Source: an uncultured Candidatus Entotheonella sp.
Lineage (GTDB): Bacteria > Tectomicrobia > Entotheonellia > Entotheonellales > Entotheonellaceae
DNA: 64,000 nucleotides
Direction: 5' to 3'
Assembly: GCA_965217185.1 (NCBI GenBank)
Contig: OZ244252.1
Coordinates: 2,816,001 to 2,880,000 of the forward strand
Shown here piece after piece: positions 55,281 through 64,000 of the stretch. Numbering within the stretch: the stretch's first letter is position 1; each line of letters begins with the position of its first letter. The position numbers and the translations under genes were made by a program. Under the pieces are notes generated by a model, which saw only the letters and a program-made list of their open reading frames with translations, was not told the DNA's origin and ran no database searches.

Positions 55281-56996
55281 CTACATCTTGTTATAACCGC
55301 GTGGCTCGGCACGTCCAGAAACCTCGACGATAGCGTCCAGTTTCTCGACGACCTCGGTGTCAACGTCCGTGTTGTCGACGAAGGCCACCAATCGATGATA
55401 GCCCGACTTTCTGATCAACGCCGAAGCCTCTGACTGCTCGTAGAATCTCCTGAACACCTGATCCAGAAAGGCGCTTGCCTTGCCGTCAGGCCCCCAAGGC
55501 GTCGGCTCGCCCAAAACCTCAAGCGCACCCTCTATCTCGGCGATAGCGTTTTCCATGGGTTGCCGCGAAGCGAAACGGTCCAACGGGCCGCCGAGACGTC
55601 GCGCGCCCTCCGATTCCGCAAACGCGAGCAATGCCTCCCGGCGACAGAGGTAATTCTCAATCTCGCAACGGCGCCAGCACAGATGCGACAGGTTCGCATC
55701 GCCATCCGGCGGCGTGTCGAGACGATCGTAGATGGCGATGCCGACCAGATCACCCTTGCCTTCCCGGACGCCGTAGAAATGGTCACGTGCTTTGACGGGC
55801 TGGTTGGCGACGTAATGAACGAACGGCGCAGCCAATACATGCTGTGCGGGATGATCCATGCGCTTTGCGAAGGCCTGTAGGATCGCCAAGTCGGTGGAGC
55901 CTTCCAAATAAAGGACCCAGCCTTGCATCTCGGCTTGCATGTAGTGCTCGAAGCCGATGTCCTTGAGCGCCTTGGCAAGCTGGCTGCCCCGGTCATCGAT
56001 TCGATGCGGTTGTCCGACGAACGCGATTAACACGTCGCGTCGCGCAGCTTCATTGAGCACCACCTCAGAATGGCTCGCTGCAATAATCTGGCCTTGCGTC
56101 TCTTCAGCCACCTCAGTCAGAACGTGATAAGTCTGCCGCTGACGGAGGATCTCCAGATGCGCGTCCGGCTCGTCAAGCAATAGCACAGAACCGGGGTTTG
56201 CCGTCATGTGCGCCAGCAACAACAAAGTCTGCTGTTCGCCCCGCCCGCTTGCCGACAGATCAAGGCGCACGTTATCCCGGTTGCGATAGGTGAGGGTGAT
56301 CTCGCCGCGCTCCGGGATGTATTTCGGTTCGTCGAGCTGACTGCCGAACAGGGAGGCGATGCGCTTAACGAGTTGCTGCCACTTGGCGCCGCCGTCTTTG
56401 GCGTCGTATATGTGGTAGCACAGGTTGCGCAGTACCTCGGCCGTACGTCCTTCGCCAAGGCGCACGTCAATCGCGCCGGGGTCCAATCGCGTCTCGTTGG
56501 CGGCGAGCCCTGACATCGGCGGCAGGTAGGCAACTCTTACTTCGCCAGCCGGCTTGGGCACCGGCAAACGCTCGCCGCCTTCTCCCTGCAAAGGGCGGCA
56601 GTAGAACGACTCCGAATTGGCATAGTCAAACTCCATGCCGCAGGTCCAGTCAACGCCATTCACAACGACGTCGATCAGAACATTTTCAGTGCGTGTCTTG
56701 TTGTTTTCGCGTCTGCTGCTGCGCGTGTGCAGGCCGCGCCACAGCAAGTTGGCGGTAGGTACTGGCAGAGCAATCAAGTCGCGCCGATTGATGGTTACGC
56801 CGGGCCGCTTCAGCGGTCCCTCCCCAGGGCCCCTTTTTTCGAGCCAACGTTTGACGCCGATCTCCCACAGCGCCAAGGCCTGCAGCGCCGTCGTCTTGCC
56901 GGCATTATTCGGGCCGATCAGCACAACAACAGGACCGAGGTCAAGGTCCACTTGCTCGAAGAGTTTGAAATTCCTGACGATTAGTCGAGTTAGCAT
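55281..56996 (-). CDS. OLD-like ABC/AAA ATPase with a TOPRIM-like C-terminus
   Basis: NFK, GPNNAGKTT, SGRGEQQ, LLLDEPDAHL, SHS, YLEGSTD, EIENY. Confidence 0.8.
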   Translation of the reverse strand: MLTRLIVRNFKLFEQVDLDLGPVVVLIGPNNAGKTTALQALALWEIGVKRWLEKRGPGEGPLKRPGVTINRRDLIALPVPTANLLWRGLHTRSSRRENNKTRTENVLIDVVVNGVDWTCGMEFDYANSESFYCRPLQGEGGERLPVPKPAGEVRVAYLPPMSGLAANETRLDPGAIDVRLGEGRTAEVLRNLCYHIYDAKDGGAKWQQLVKRIASLFGSQLDEPKYIPERGEITLTYRNRDNVRLDLSASGRGEQQTLLLLAHMTANPGSVLLLDEPDAHLEILRQRQTYHVLTEVAEETQGQIIAASHSEVVLNEAARRDVLIAFVGQPHRIDDRGSQLAKALKDIGFEHYMQAEMQGWVLYLEGSTDLAILQAFAKRMDHPAQHVLAAPFVHYVANQPVKARDHFYGVREGKGDLVGIAIYDRLDTPPDGDANLSHLCWRRCEIENYLCRREALLAFAESEGARRLGGPLDRFASRQPMENAIAEIEGALEVLGEPTPWGPDGKASAFLDQVFRRFYEQSEASALIRKSGYHRLVAFVDNTDVDTEVVEKLDAIVEVSGRAEPRGYNKM

Positions 56997-57088
56997 GACG
57001 TGTGAAGCCCTCCGGCATGCGCCACTCTCAAGGTGGGAACAGATAGCCCGTGCGGGTAACAGGCTCACCGCTTTCGGTACCGACGGCG

Positions 57089-58732
57089 TCAGTCAAAGCG
57101 CGAGCGGCGGACCTCGAAGTTGGTATGGATGTCCAGCAGCACCGTACGGCCCTCGGCGTTGAGTTGCTGCGCCTTTTGCAGGGCGCCGGCCACTTCGTCG
57201 GGCTGCGTGACGGTAATGCCGGTGGCCCCCATACCCTCGGCGATCTTGGCGTAATCGCCCGTCATGGAGGTGACGTTGAATACCTCACGCGCCGTTTGGT
57301 AGCCGGTGGGGTAGGTCGCCATGTCGCCGTTGTTCAGCACGATGCTGGTGATGGGAGCGCCTGCCCGCACGGACGTTTCGATATCCAGGCCGGACATGCC
57401 GAAAGCGCCGTCACCCATGAAGTTGAGGCAGAACTTGTCGGGCTTGGCGAGCTTCGCGCCGATCATCAGCGGGATGCCGTAGCCGAGGTGGGTGGTCTTG
57501 CCCCAGCCGACGTAGCTGTGCGGCACGGTGGCCGTGTAGAACGGCATGATGGTGTCGCGCGGCGTGCCGGCGTCGTGAGTGACGATACTGTTGTCTTTAT
57601 CCAGGTTGCGTTCCAGTTCGCCAATGATGCGGTAGGCGGTCACCGGCACCTCGTCGGAGCGCAGGATGTCGGTCCACTCGGACATCCATTGCTGCTTCAC
57701 CTCGGCGATCTCGGCAGCGACTTGGGTCTGCCCCTTGCGGCCGTTCTCCCCAAGTTGCCCCTTCACCTCGTCGATGAGCATGCGGATGGCGAGGCGGGCA
57801 TCGCCGGGCAGGCCGACGGCAGCGGAAAAGTCCTTGTTGATGTCCTCGATGCTTTCGGTGTTGTGGAGGATCGTCTTGCCGTCCGGGATGGGCTGGCCGT
57901 AGGTGGTGCGGGTCATGCTGGAGCCGAGGGCAAGCAGCACGTCGGATTCCTGAATCCAGCGCCGCGCGTGCAGGCCGGTGGCGCCGCTGCCGGAGCCCAG
58001 AGCCAGCGGGTGGCGCTCGTCGAAGCCGGACTTGCCGGGCATGGTGCAGTAGACCGGCACTTCCGTCAGCTCGGCCAATTCCCGCAACTCCTCAGTGCCT
58101 TCCGCCATCAACGTGCCCATGCCGGACCAGATGAGCGGCTTGCGGGCGCCCAATAACAGCTTGACGGCGTCCTTCACGTCGCCCGCCGACGGCGCCTGCA
58201 GGTGGCGCTTGGGCGGCTGGTAATTTTGCACCACGGCGTCGGGCACCTCGCCGGTGCCGACATCACCGGGGATCTCGACGATCACCGGACCCGACCGCCC
58301 GTTGCGCAGGTGGTGAAAAGCGCGCCGCATGACGCTGCCCACCATGTCCGGCTTCCAGAGCACCTCACCGTATTTGCATACCGACTGATACGTCCGCACC
58401 GGGGAAAAATTGGGCCGAATATCGTGCTGGTTCACCGCCGGGCCGCCGGGCAGGTAGAGGATGGGCACGTTGTCGCCGAACGCCTGGGCCAAGCCGCCCA
58501 TGGAGTTCTCGGAGCCGGGGCCGCCCTGGGTGATGACCACGCCGAACTTGTTGCGGTCGTGCATGCGGCTGTATCCGTCGGCGGCCATCAAGGCGCCACG
58601 CTCCTGCCGAAACATGATGGTGCGGATGCCTTCCTTGGCCACTTCTTCGATGAGATTGTTGGACGGGAAGCATGCTATCCACTCGACACCCTCTACTTTC
58701 AGAAGTCGCGCAACGGCCTGCAGTGTATTCAT
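57089..58732 (-). CDS. Thiamine pyrophosphate-requiring enzyme (acetolactate synthase-like)
   Basis: RQERGALMAADGYSR, QGGPGSEN, GDGAFGM...LNN. Confidence 0.92.
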   Translation of the reverse strand: MNTLQAVARLLKVEGVEWIACFPSNNLIEEVAKEGIRTIMFRQERGALMAADGYSRMHDRNKFGVVITQGGPGSENSMGGLAQAFGDNVPILYLPGGPAVNQHDIRPNFSPVRTYQSVCKYGEVLWKPDMVGSVMRRAFHHLRNGRSGPVIVEIPGDVGTGEVPDAVVQNYQPPKRHLQAPSAGDVKDAVKLLLGARKPLIWSGMGTLMAEGTEELRELAELTEVPVYCTMPGKSGFDERHPLALGSGSGATGLHARRWIQESDVLLALGSSMTRTTYGQPIPDGKTILHNTESIEDINKDFSAAVGLPGDARLAIRMLIDEVKGQLGENGRKGQTQVAAEIAEVKQQWMSEWTDILRSDEVPVTAYRIIGELERNLDKDNSIVTHDAGTPRDTIMPFYTATVPHSYVGWGKTTHLGYGIPLMIGAKLAKPDKFCLNFMGDGAFGMSGLDIETSVRAGAPITSIVLNNGDMATYPTGYQTAREVFNVTSMTGDYAKIAEGMGATGITVTQPDEVAGALQKAQQLNAEGRTVLLDIHTNFEVRRSRFD

Positions 58733-58920
58733 CCTGTTTCCTCCCGGATTTGTGCGGTGTGACGTGGCGAAAGGGGTAGGATACTCCATCACCTACGGTG
58801 GGGGCAACGGGCACGCCGGGAGGTCGCAAATCGCCCATACGCAGGCGGGGATTGTCTGGTATAATCCGCGCCTCACGCCAAAGAGACGATTTTGGGACCC
58901 CTTTCGAGAAGGAAGCTGGC

Positions 58921-60372
58921 ATGCCCACCGTGCATTCAAAGCAAGACGTCGCGCTGATGGCGCACCTGCTCAGGCGAGCCGGGTTCGGCGCCACCTTGCA
59001 GGAACTCGACCACTGTCTCGACCAAGGCTACGAGGCCACCGTCGAGGCGCTTCTGAGCCCGCAGCCGGACGCCGTGCCGGAAGACCTGATTCGCCGCTAC
59101 CACGTCGATCAATCCGACCTGCGCAACCACGCCGCCGGCGCCGCCTACTGGATTTACCGCATGGTGCAAACGCAGGCGCCGCTGCGCGAGAAGATGTCCC
59201 TGTTCTGGCATCGCGTCTTTGCCACCGCCGCCACCAAGCTCATCCAGGCGCGCATGGTGGCGAACCAGCTCGACATATTCCGCGACCACGGCATGGGCAG
59301 CTTTCAGGACTTGCTGCTGCGGCTGTCGCGCGACCCCGCCATGATGATGTGGCTGGACAACCAGGACAACCACAAAGGTTCGATCAACGAGAACTACGGG
59401 CGGGAAATTCTGGAACTGTTCTCGATGGGCGTGGGCAATTATACCGAGGACGACATCAAGGAATGCGCCCGCGCCTTCACCGGCTGGCGGGTGGTCAACC
59501 CCGATTACATGTCCATTCGAATGCGCAACAACACCGCGCGGCCCTACGGCTACATCGCCTGGCAATTCGAGTATGACGACACCGACCACGACCACGACGA
59601 CAAAGCATTCCTCGGCGAGACAGGGGACCTGAACGGCGAGGACGTGGTCGCCATCATCTGCCGGCAGGAAGCGACGCCGCGCTTCATCGCCCGCCATTTG
59701 TACCACTTCTTCGTTGCCGACGAGGTGCCCGTGCCGCAGTGGCCGCACACCGCGCCGCGCGATCCGCAGGCCATCGACCTGATGTGCCGGGCCTATTTCG
59801 ACTCCGATTACGACGTAGCCGCCATGCTGCGGGCCCTGTTCAACGCCGACTTCTTCAAGTCGGCAGCGGCGCGCTTCGCCCGTATCAAGAGCCCGGTCGA
59901 GATGGTAGTCGGCACCCTGCGCCTGGTCGGCGGCCTGGAATTGCCGTCGACCGACACGTACGCCGCCGTCGGGGTGTGCGCCGCCATGGGGCAGTTTCCG
60001 ATGAACCCGCCCAGCGTCGAGGGCTGGCAGGGCGGCAGCGAGTGGATCAACACCGGTGCCTACGTGCAGCGGGTCAATTTCGCCAGCCGGGTGCTCAGCG
60101 ATGCGAACAAGCCGGGCATTCAGGCCATCATCGGACGCATCCGCGACCTCGCCAACGGCCGCGGCCTGTCCGCCGAGGAACTGGTCGACGCCTGCCTGCA
60201 TATCGTTGGACCACTGGAGGTGCCGGATAGCACCCGCGACGGGCTCATCGAGTATGCCCGCTCCTGGGGCGACGTGAGTTTTGCCGACGCGGCGTCAACC
60301 GCCCAGGCGGAGCGCACGATCGTGGCGCTGTTGCAGTTGGTCGTCACCACGCAGGAATACCAGATGGTGTAA
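58921..60372 (+). CDS. DUF1800 family protein
   Basis: HLLRRAGFG, EKMSLFWH, NENYGREILELFSMG, ARAFTGW, PPSVEGW. Confidence 0.9.
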   Translation: MPTVHSKQDVALMAHLLRRAGFGATLQELDHCLDQGYEATVEALLSPQPDAVPEDLIRRYHVDQSDLRNHAAGAAYWIYRMVQTQAPLREKMSLFWHRVFATAATKLIQARMVANQLDIFRDHGMGSFQDLLLRLSRDPAMMMWLDNQDNHKGSINENYGREILELFSMGVGNYTEDDIKECARAFTGWRVVNPDYMSIRMRNNTARPYGYIAWQFEYDDTDHDHDDKAFLGETGDLNGEDVVAIICRQEATPRFIARHLYHFFVADEVPVPQWPHTAPRDPQAIDLMCRAYFDSDYDVAAMLRALFNADFFKSAAARFARIKSPVEMVVGTLRLVGGLELPSTDTYAAVGVCAAMGQFPMNPPSVEGWQGGSEWINTGAYVQRVNFASRVLSDANKPGIQAIIGRIRDLANGRGLSAEELVDACLHIVGPLEVPDSTRDGLIEYARSWGDVSFADAASTAQAERTIVALLQLVVTTQEYQMV

Positions 60373-60387
60373 GGGAGCATTCAGGGC

Positions 60388-61395
60388 ATGACAACCGCAA
60401 CGTTTCAACTGCAATATGGCGACGCCATCGGCTTCGTTGCCGATCAGGGCGGGCGTGGCTTTCACCTGCCGATGTCGATGGTTATCCGTGGCGACGGCCG
60501 CATCTTCGTGGTCAGCCGCAGCAACACCCAGGCGCTGGACATCGTCGGCATTCAGATGGTCACCCGGGGGCACGAATTCTTCGGGCAGATCGGTGGCTAC
60601 GGCCAGGAGCCGGGCAACATGATCTGGCCGACCGCCCTGGCGCTGGACCGCGGCGACAATCTGTATCTCGCCGACGATTACTTGCAACGGGTCACGGTTT
60701 ACGACCGCGACGGCGCCGTGCAGAGCACCTGGGGCACCAAGGGCAGCGCTGCTGGTGAGTTCGACGGGCCGTCCGGCCTGTTGTTCGATGCCGATGACAA
60801 CCTGCTGATGGTGGATCACCGCAACCACCGCATCCAGAAATTCACCCGCGACGGGAAGAGCCTCGGCACCTGGGGCGCCTACGGTGACGGCGACGGCCAG
60901 TTCAACCTGCCGTGGGGCATCACGCAGGACCGCGAGGGCTTCCTGTACGTAGCCGATTGGCGCAACGACCGCATCCAGAAGTTCACGCCGGACGGCGAGT
61001 TCGTGGCCAAATTCGGTGCCTCGGGCGATGGCGACGGGCAGTTCAACCGGCCCTCCGGCCTGGCGGTGGATGCCGACGGCAATCTCTACGTCGCCGATTG
61101 GGGCAACCAGCGCGTGCAGGTGCTCGATGCCGCCGGCAATTTCCTGCTGCAACTCAGGGGCGAGGCCAAGCTGTCGCCGTGGGCGCAGGAATACATCGCG
61201 GCCAACGCCGACGAATTCGCGGCGCGCGCCACGTACGTGCCGGTGTTCGACGTCGATACCAACGATGCCAACGAGGTGTCGGCCCGTATCGAGCCGTACT
61301 TTTGGGACCCGGTCGACGTCGTGCTGGACGACGACGAGCGCGTTTACGTCCTGGAGACCAGCCGGCATCGCTTCCAGGTCTACGAAAAGGTGTGA
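60388..61395 (+). CDS. NHL-repeat beta-propeller protein
   Basis: Repeated GQFN.P.G.A.D..GNLYVADW.N.RIQKF. Confidence 0.9.
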   Translation: MTTATFQLQYGDAIGFVADQGGRGFHLPMSMVIRGDGRIFVVSRSNTQALDIVGIQMVTRGHEFFGQIGGYGQEPGNMIWPTALALDRGDNLYLADDYLQRVTVYDRDGAVQSTWGTKGSAAGEFDGPSGLLFDADDNLLMVDHRNHRIQKFTRDGKSLGTWGAYGDGDGQFNLPWGITQDREGFLYVADWRNDRIQKFTPDGEFVAKFGASGDGDGQFNRPSGLAVDADGNLYVADWGNQRVQVLDAAGNFLLQLRGEAKLSPWAQEYIAANADEFAARATYVPVFDVDTNDANEVSARIEPYFWDPVDVVLDDDERVYVLETSRHRFQVYEKV

Positions 61396-61468
61396 AGCAG
61401 CAACATGCGATCACGGAGCACCGGCCTTAACGGGCCGGTGAGGATTGAAACGATCAAGAAGGAAGGCC

Positions 61469-62605
61469 ATGATGGGTGACGCAAAGAACCGCAAGCTGGT
61501 GGTGGTGCAACTCTCCGGCGGCAATGATTACCTCAACTGCGTGGTGCCGTACAACAACCCGCGCTACATCGACAACCGGCCGAACGTCCGACTGTCGGAA
61601 GACCAGATCATCCCGTTCGACAACGGCTACGGCCTCAACCCCTCCATGCAGCCCGTCAAGGATCTGTACGACGAAGGCAAGGTGGCCATCCTCCACGGCG
61701 TCGGCTACCCGCAGCCCCATCGGTCGCACTTCCGCTCCATGGATATCTGGCACACCGCCGAGCCGACCAAGGTCGGCGACAAGGGCTGGCTGGGGCAGGC
61801 GATCCGCGACATAACGCCCGACGGCGACAACGTGGTCATCGCCGTGAACTTCGCCGCCGCGCTGCCGCGGGCGCTGGTGACCCTGGGCGCGCCGGTGGCC
61901 TCGGTAACCGATCTGGATAGCTACGGGCTGCTCAATCACATCGACGCGGCACCGCAGCGCTCACAGGCGCTGGACGCCTTCCGCGACATGTACAGCCGGG
62001 CGCTCGGCAACGGGCCGGTGATGGATTACCTGAGCAAGACCGGCCTGGACGCGCTGCGCGGCGCCGACATCCTCAGCTCCGTACCGCAGAATTACGCTTC
62101 GACGGTTGAATACGGCAGCAACCCCTTCGCCAAGAGCGCCAAGAGCGCCGCGCAGGTGCTGCTGGCCGACGTCGGCACGCGCATTTGCTACACCCAGCAC
62201 GGCAGCTTCGACACGCATACCAACGAGGTGGCGTTGCAAGCCAAGCTGTGGAACGACGTAGCGGGCGGCATTCGCGATTTGTACACCGACTTGAAAACGC
62301 ATGACGCCAGCGACGACGTGCTGATCTTCGTGTTCTCGGAGTTCGGCCGCCGGGTGAAAGACAACGGCAACGGCACCGATCACGGCTCCGGCGGCGTGGC
62401 GTTCCTCATCGGCGACCGCGTCAAGGGTGGGCACTACAGCGAGTATCCTTCCCTCGACGACGACAAACTGGTCGAAGGCGACCTGGCCTTCAACCTCGAT
62501 TTCCGCTCCGTGTACACGGAAATTCTGGAGGACTGGATGGCGGTCGAGGCCAAGCCGATCGTCAACGGCACGTATGAAAAGCTCGGCTGTCTGAACCTCA
62601 ACTAG
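61469..62605 (+). CDS. DUF1501 family protein
   Basis: QLSGGND.LN, RSHFRS, FDTH, SEFGRR..NG.GTDHG. Confidence 0.9.
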   Translation: MMGDAKNRKLVVVQLSGGNDYLNCVVPYNNPRYIDNRPNVRLSEDQIIPFDNGYGLNPSMQPVKDLYDEGKVAILHGVGYPQPHRSHFRSMDIWHTAEPTKVGDKGWLGQAIRDITPDGDNVVIAVNFAAALPRALVTLGAPVASVTDLDSYGLLNHIDAAPQRSQALDAFRDMYSRALGNGPVMDYLSKTGLDALRGADILSSVPQNYASTVEYGSNPFAKSAKSAAQVLLADVGTRICYTQHGSFDTHTNEVALQAKLWNDVAGGIRDLYTDLKTHDASDDVLIFVFSEFGRRVKDNGNGTDHGSGGVAFLIGDRVKGGHYSEYPSLDDDKLVEGDLAFNLDFRSVYTEILEDWMAVEAKPIVNGTYEKLGCLNLN

Positions 62606-62622
62606 GGATCCTTGGGGCCGAT

Positions 62623-62757
62623 ATGCGCACTTTCTTCACGGCGCTGGCTTTCCTGGCAATTCTAATGGCCGTCATTCCGGCGGTCCGGCGATCTTTCCCG
62701 CCGCGGCGAGACGACGGCGGTTCTCACGCTTCATCGCATAAAGGAGAACAGGTATGA
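62623..62757 (+). CDS. 44-aa hydrophobic peptide with an ATGA overlap onto the next gene (hypothetical)
   Basis: MRTFFTALAFLAILMAVIPAVRRSFPPRRDDGGSHASSHKGEQV*. Confidence 0.35.
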   Translation: MRTFFTALAFLAILMAVIPAVRRSFPPRRDDGGSHASSHKGEQV

Positions 62758-64000
62758 CGCAGGGGAAAGGAAGTTCGCAGATATCATCCTTCTTGGAACC
62801 GCTGTTCAATCGGGCCGTCACGTTGGCCCTCCTCGCCGTTGCCATTTTCCTGGTGATCTACGTCATCGCCGTCGAGCGGCGCCTCAGTCAGAACGCCTCC
62901 GCAAGGGACGCGAATGAGGTGCGCATGGCGGAACTGTCGGACGGATTTAGAAAAGCCGCCACCAGCGAGCAACTGGCCGGACTGGCGACCGCGACGAGCG
63001 TGACCGAGCAGGCCGACAAACTCGGCGCCCTCGAGGGGCGTCTGAACGAACAACTGGCCGTTGTGACGCAGCAAATCGAGGCCCTGAACCAGCAGGCCAC
63101 GACCTTCGCCGCCAATGATGCAACGACCCAGGCCGAGGAAGACGCCCAGAGTCAGCAGATTGCCGCCATTCAGGGGCAGATGGTTTCCCTGAGCGAGCGG
63201 GCCGACGAATTCGCCGGCGCGGACGAGGCGAGTGCGGAAGACCTGGATGCGCTGGCAGCCCAGTTGGATGCCCTGGCCACCCAGGACGACTTGGCCGCCT
63301 TGGAAGCCCAGATGGGGGCATTTACCTCCGCCGAAGACGAAGCCGCCCAAAGTGCCCAACTGGCCGACCTGGCACAGCAGATCGACGGCCTGGGCGCGGC
63401 GCTTGCCGCCAGCGATGAAGCGGCACAAGCTGAGGAAGACGCCCAGAGTCAGCAGATTGCCGCCATTCAGGAGCGACTGGTTTCCCTGAGCGAGCGGGCC
63501 GACGAATTCGCCGGCGCGGACGAGGCAAGTGCGGGAGATCTGGATGCGCTGGCAGCCCAGTTGGATGCCTTCGCCACTCAGGACGACTTGGCCGCCTTGG
63601 AAGCCCAACTGGGAGCATTTGCATCGGCTGAAGACGAAGCCGCCCAGAACGCCCAACTAGCCGATCTGGCGCAACAGATCGACGGCCTGAGCCAGCAGGC
63701 TGCAACCTTCGCCGCCAATGATGAAGCGGCACAAACTGAGGAAGATGCCCAGAGCGCCCAACTGGCCGACCTCGCGCAGCAAATCGACGACTTGGCCCAG
63801 CAGGCCGAGACCTTTACCGCCAATGATGAAGCGACACAAGCTGAAGAAGCCGCCCAGAGCGCTCAACTGGCCGACCTCGCGCAGCAGATCGACGGCCTGA
63901 GCCAGCAGGCCGCGACCTTCGCCGCCAACGACGAAGCGGCACAGGCCGAGGAAATGGCGCAGAGTCAGCGTCTCAACATCATGCAAGGACAAATCGACAC
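62754..64000 (+). CDS. Membrane-anchored acidic Ala/Gln-rich repeat coiled-coil protein; runs off the window edge
   Basis: AAGGAG RBS; MTQGKGSSQISSFLEPLFNRAVTLALLAVAIFLVIYVIAVERR...; 297-nt and 105-nt internal repeats; not in the ORF track. Confidence 0.8.
   Translation, partial: MTQGKGSSQISSFLEPLFNRAVTLALLAVAIFLVIYVIAVERRLSQNASARDANEVRMAELSDGFRKAATSEQLAGLATATSVTEQADKLGALEGRLNEQLAVVTQQIEALNQQATTFAANDATTQAEEDAQSQQIAAIQGQMVSLSERADEFAGADEASAEDLDALAAQLDALATQDDLAALEAQMGAFTSAEDEAAQSAQLADLAQQIDGLGAALAASDEAAQAEEDAQSQQIAAIQERLVSLSERADEFAGADEASAGDLDALAAQLDAFATQDDLAALEAQLGAFASAEDEAAQNAQLADLAQQIDGLSQQAATFAANDEAAQTEEDAQSAQLADLAQQIDDLAQQAETFTANDEATQAEEAAQSAQLADLAQQIDGLSQQAATFAANDEAAQAEEMAQSQRLNIMQGQID

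Overview
GC-rich bacterial chromosomal window. The gene content (cadherin/FN3 adhesin, F420-type LLM oxidoreductases, DUF1800/DUF1501, selA/selB) suggests a sponge-symbiont or Tectomicrobia-like organism, but that is inference only. Housekeeping genes flank it: aspC-like, coaD, rlmN, a PAS adenylate cyclase, tRNA-Leu and tRNA-fMet on the left; manC-like, khpA, an LpoA-like lipoprotein, PBP1A, udg, coaBC, gmk, yicC, rluB, selA and selB on the right. Between them lies a ~35-kb repeat-rich accessory region. It holds a frameshifted REP-associated tyrosine transposase (RAYT) with many REP copies, an uncalled secreted (Asn-Pro-Cys)4 peptide, a frameshifted giant cadherin/FN3 surface protein, and a Slam-type (DUF560) exporter with two TbpB-like lipoproteins, one broken by a 183-bp MITE. 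It also holds two IS701 copies with a probable -1 frameshift and a restriction-modification pair with a broken endonuclease. The most striking feature is a REP-punctuated tandem array (20.5-24.9 kb) of six paralogous membrane-anchored coiled-coil genes, four of which carry different combinations of 7- and 11-residue modules. All calls come from reading motifs by eye; no searches were run.
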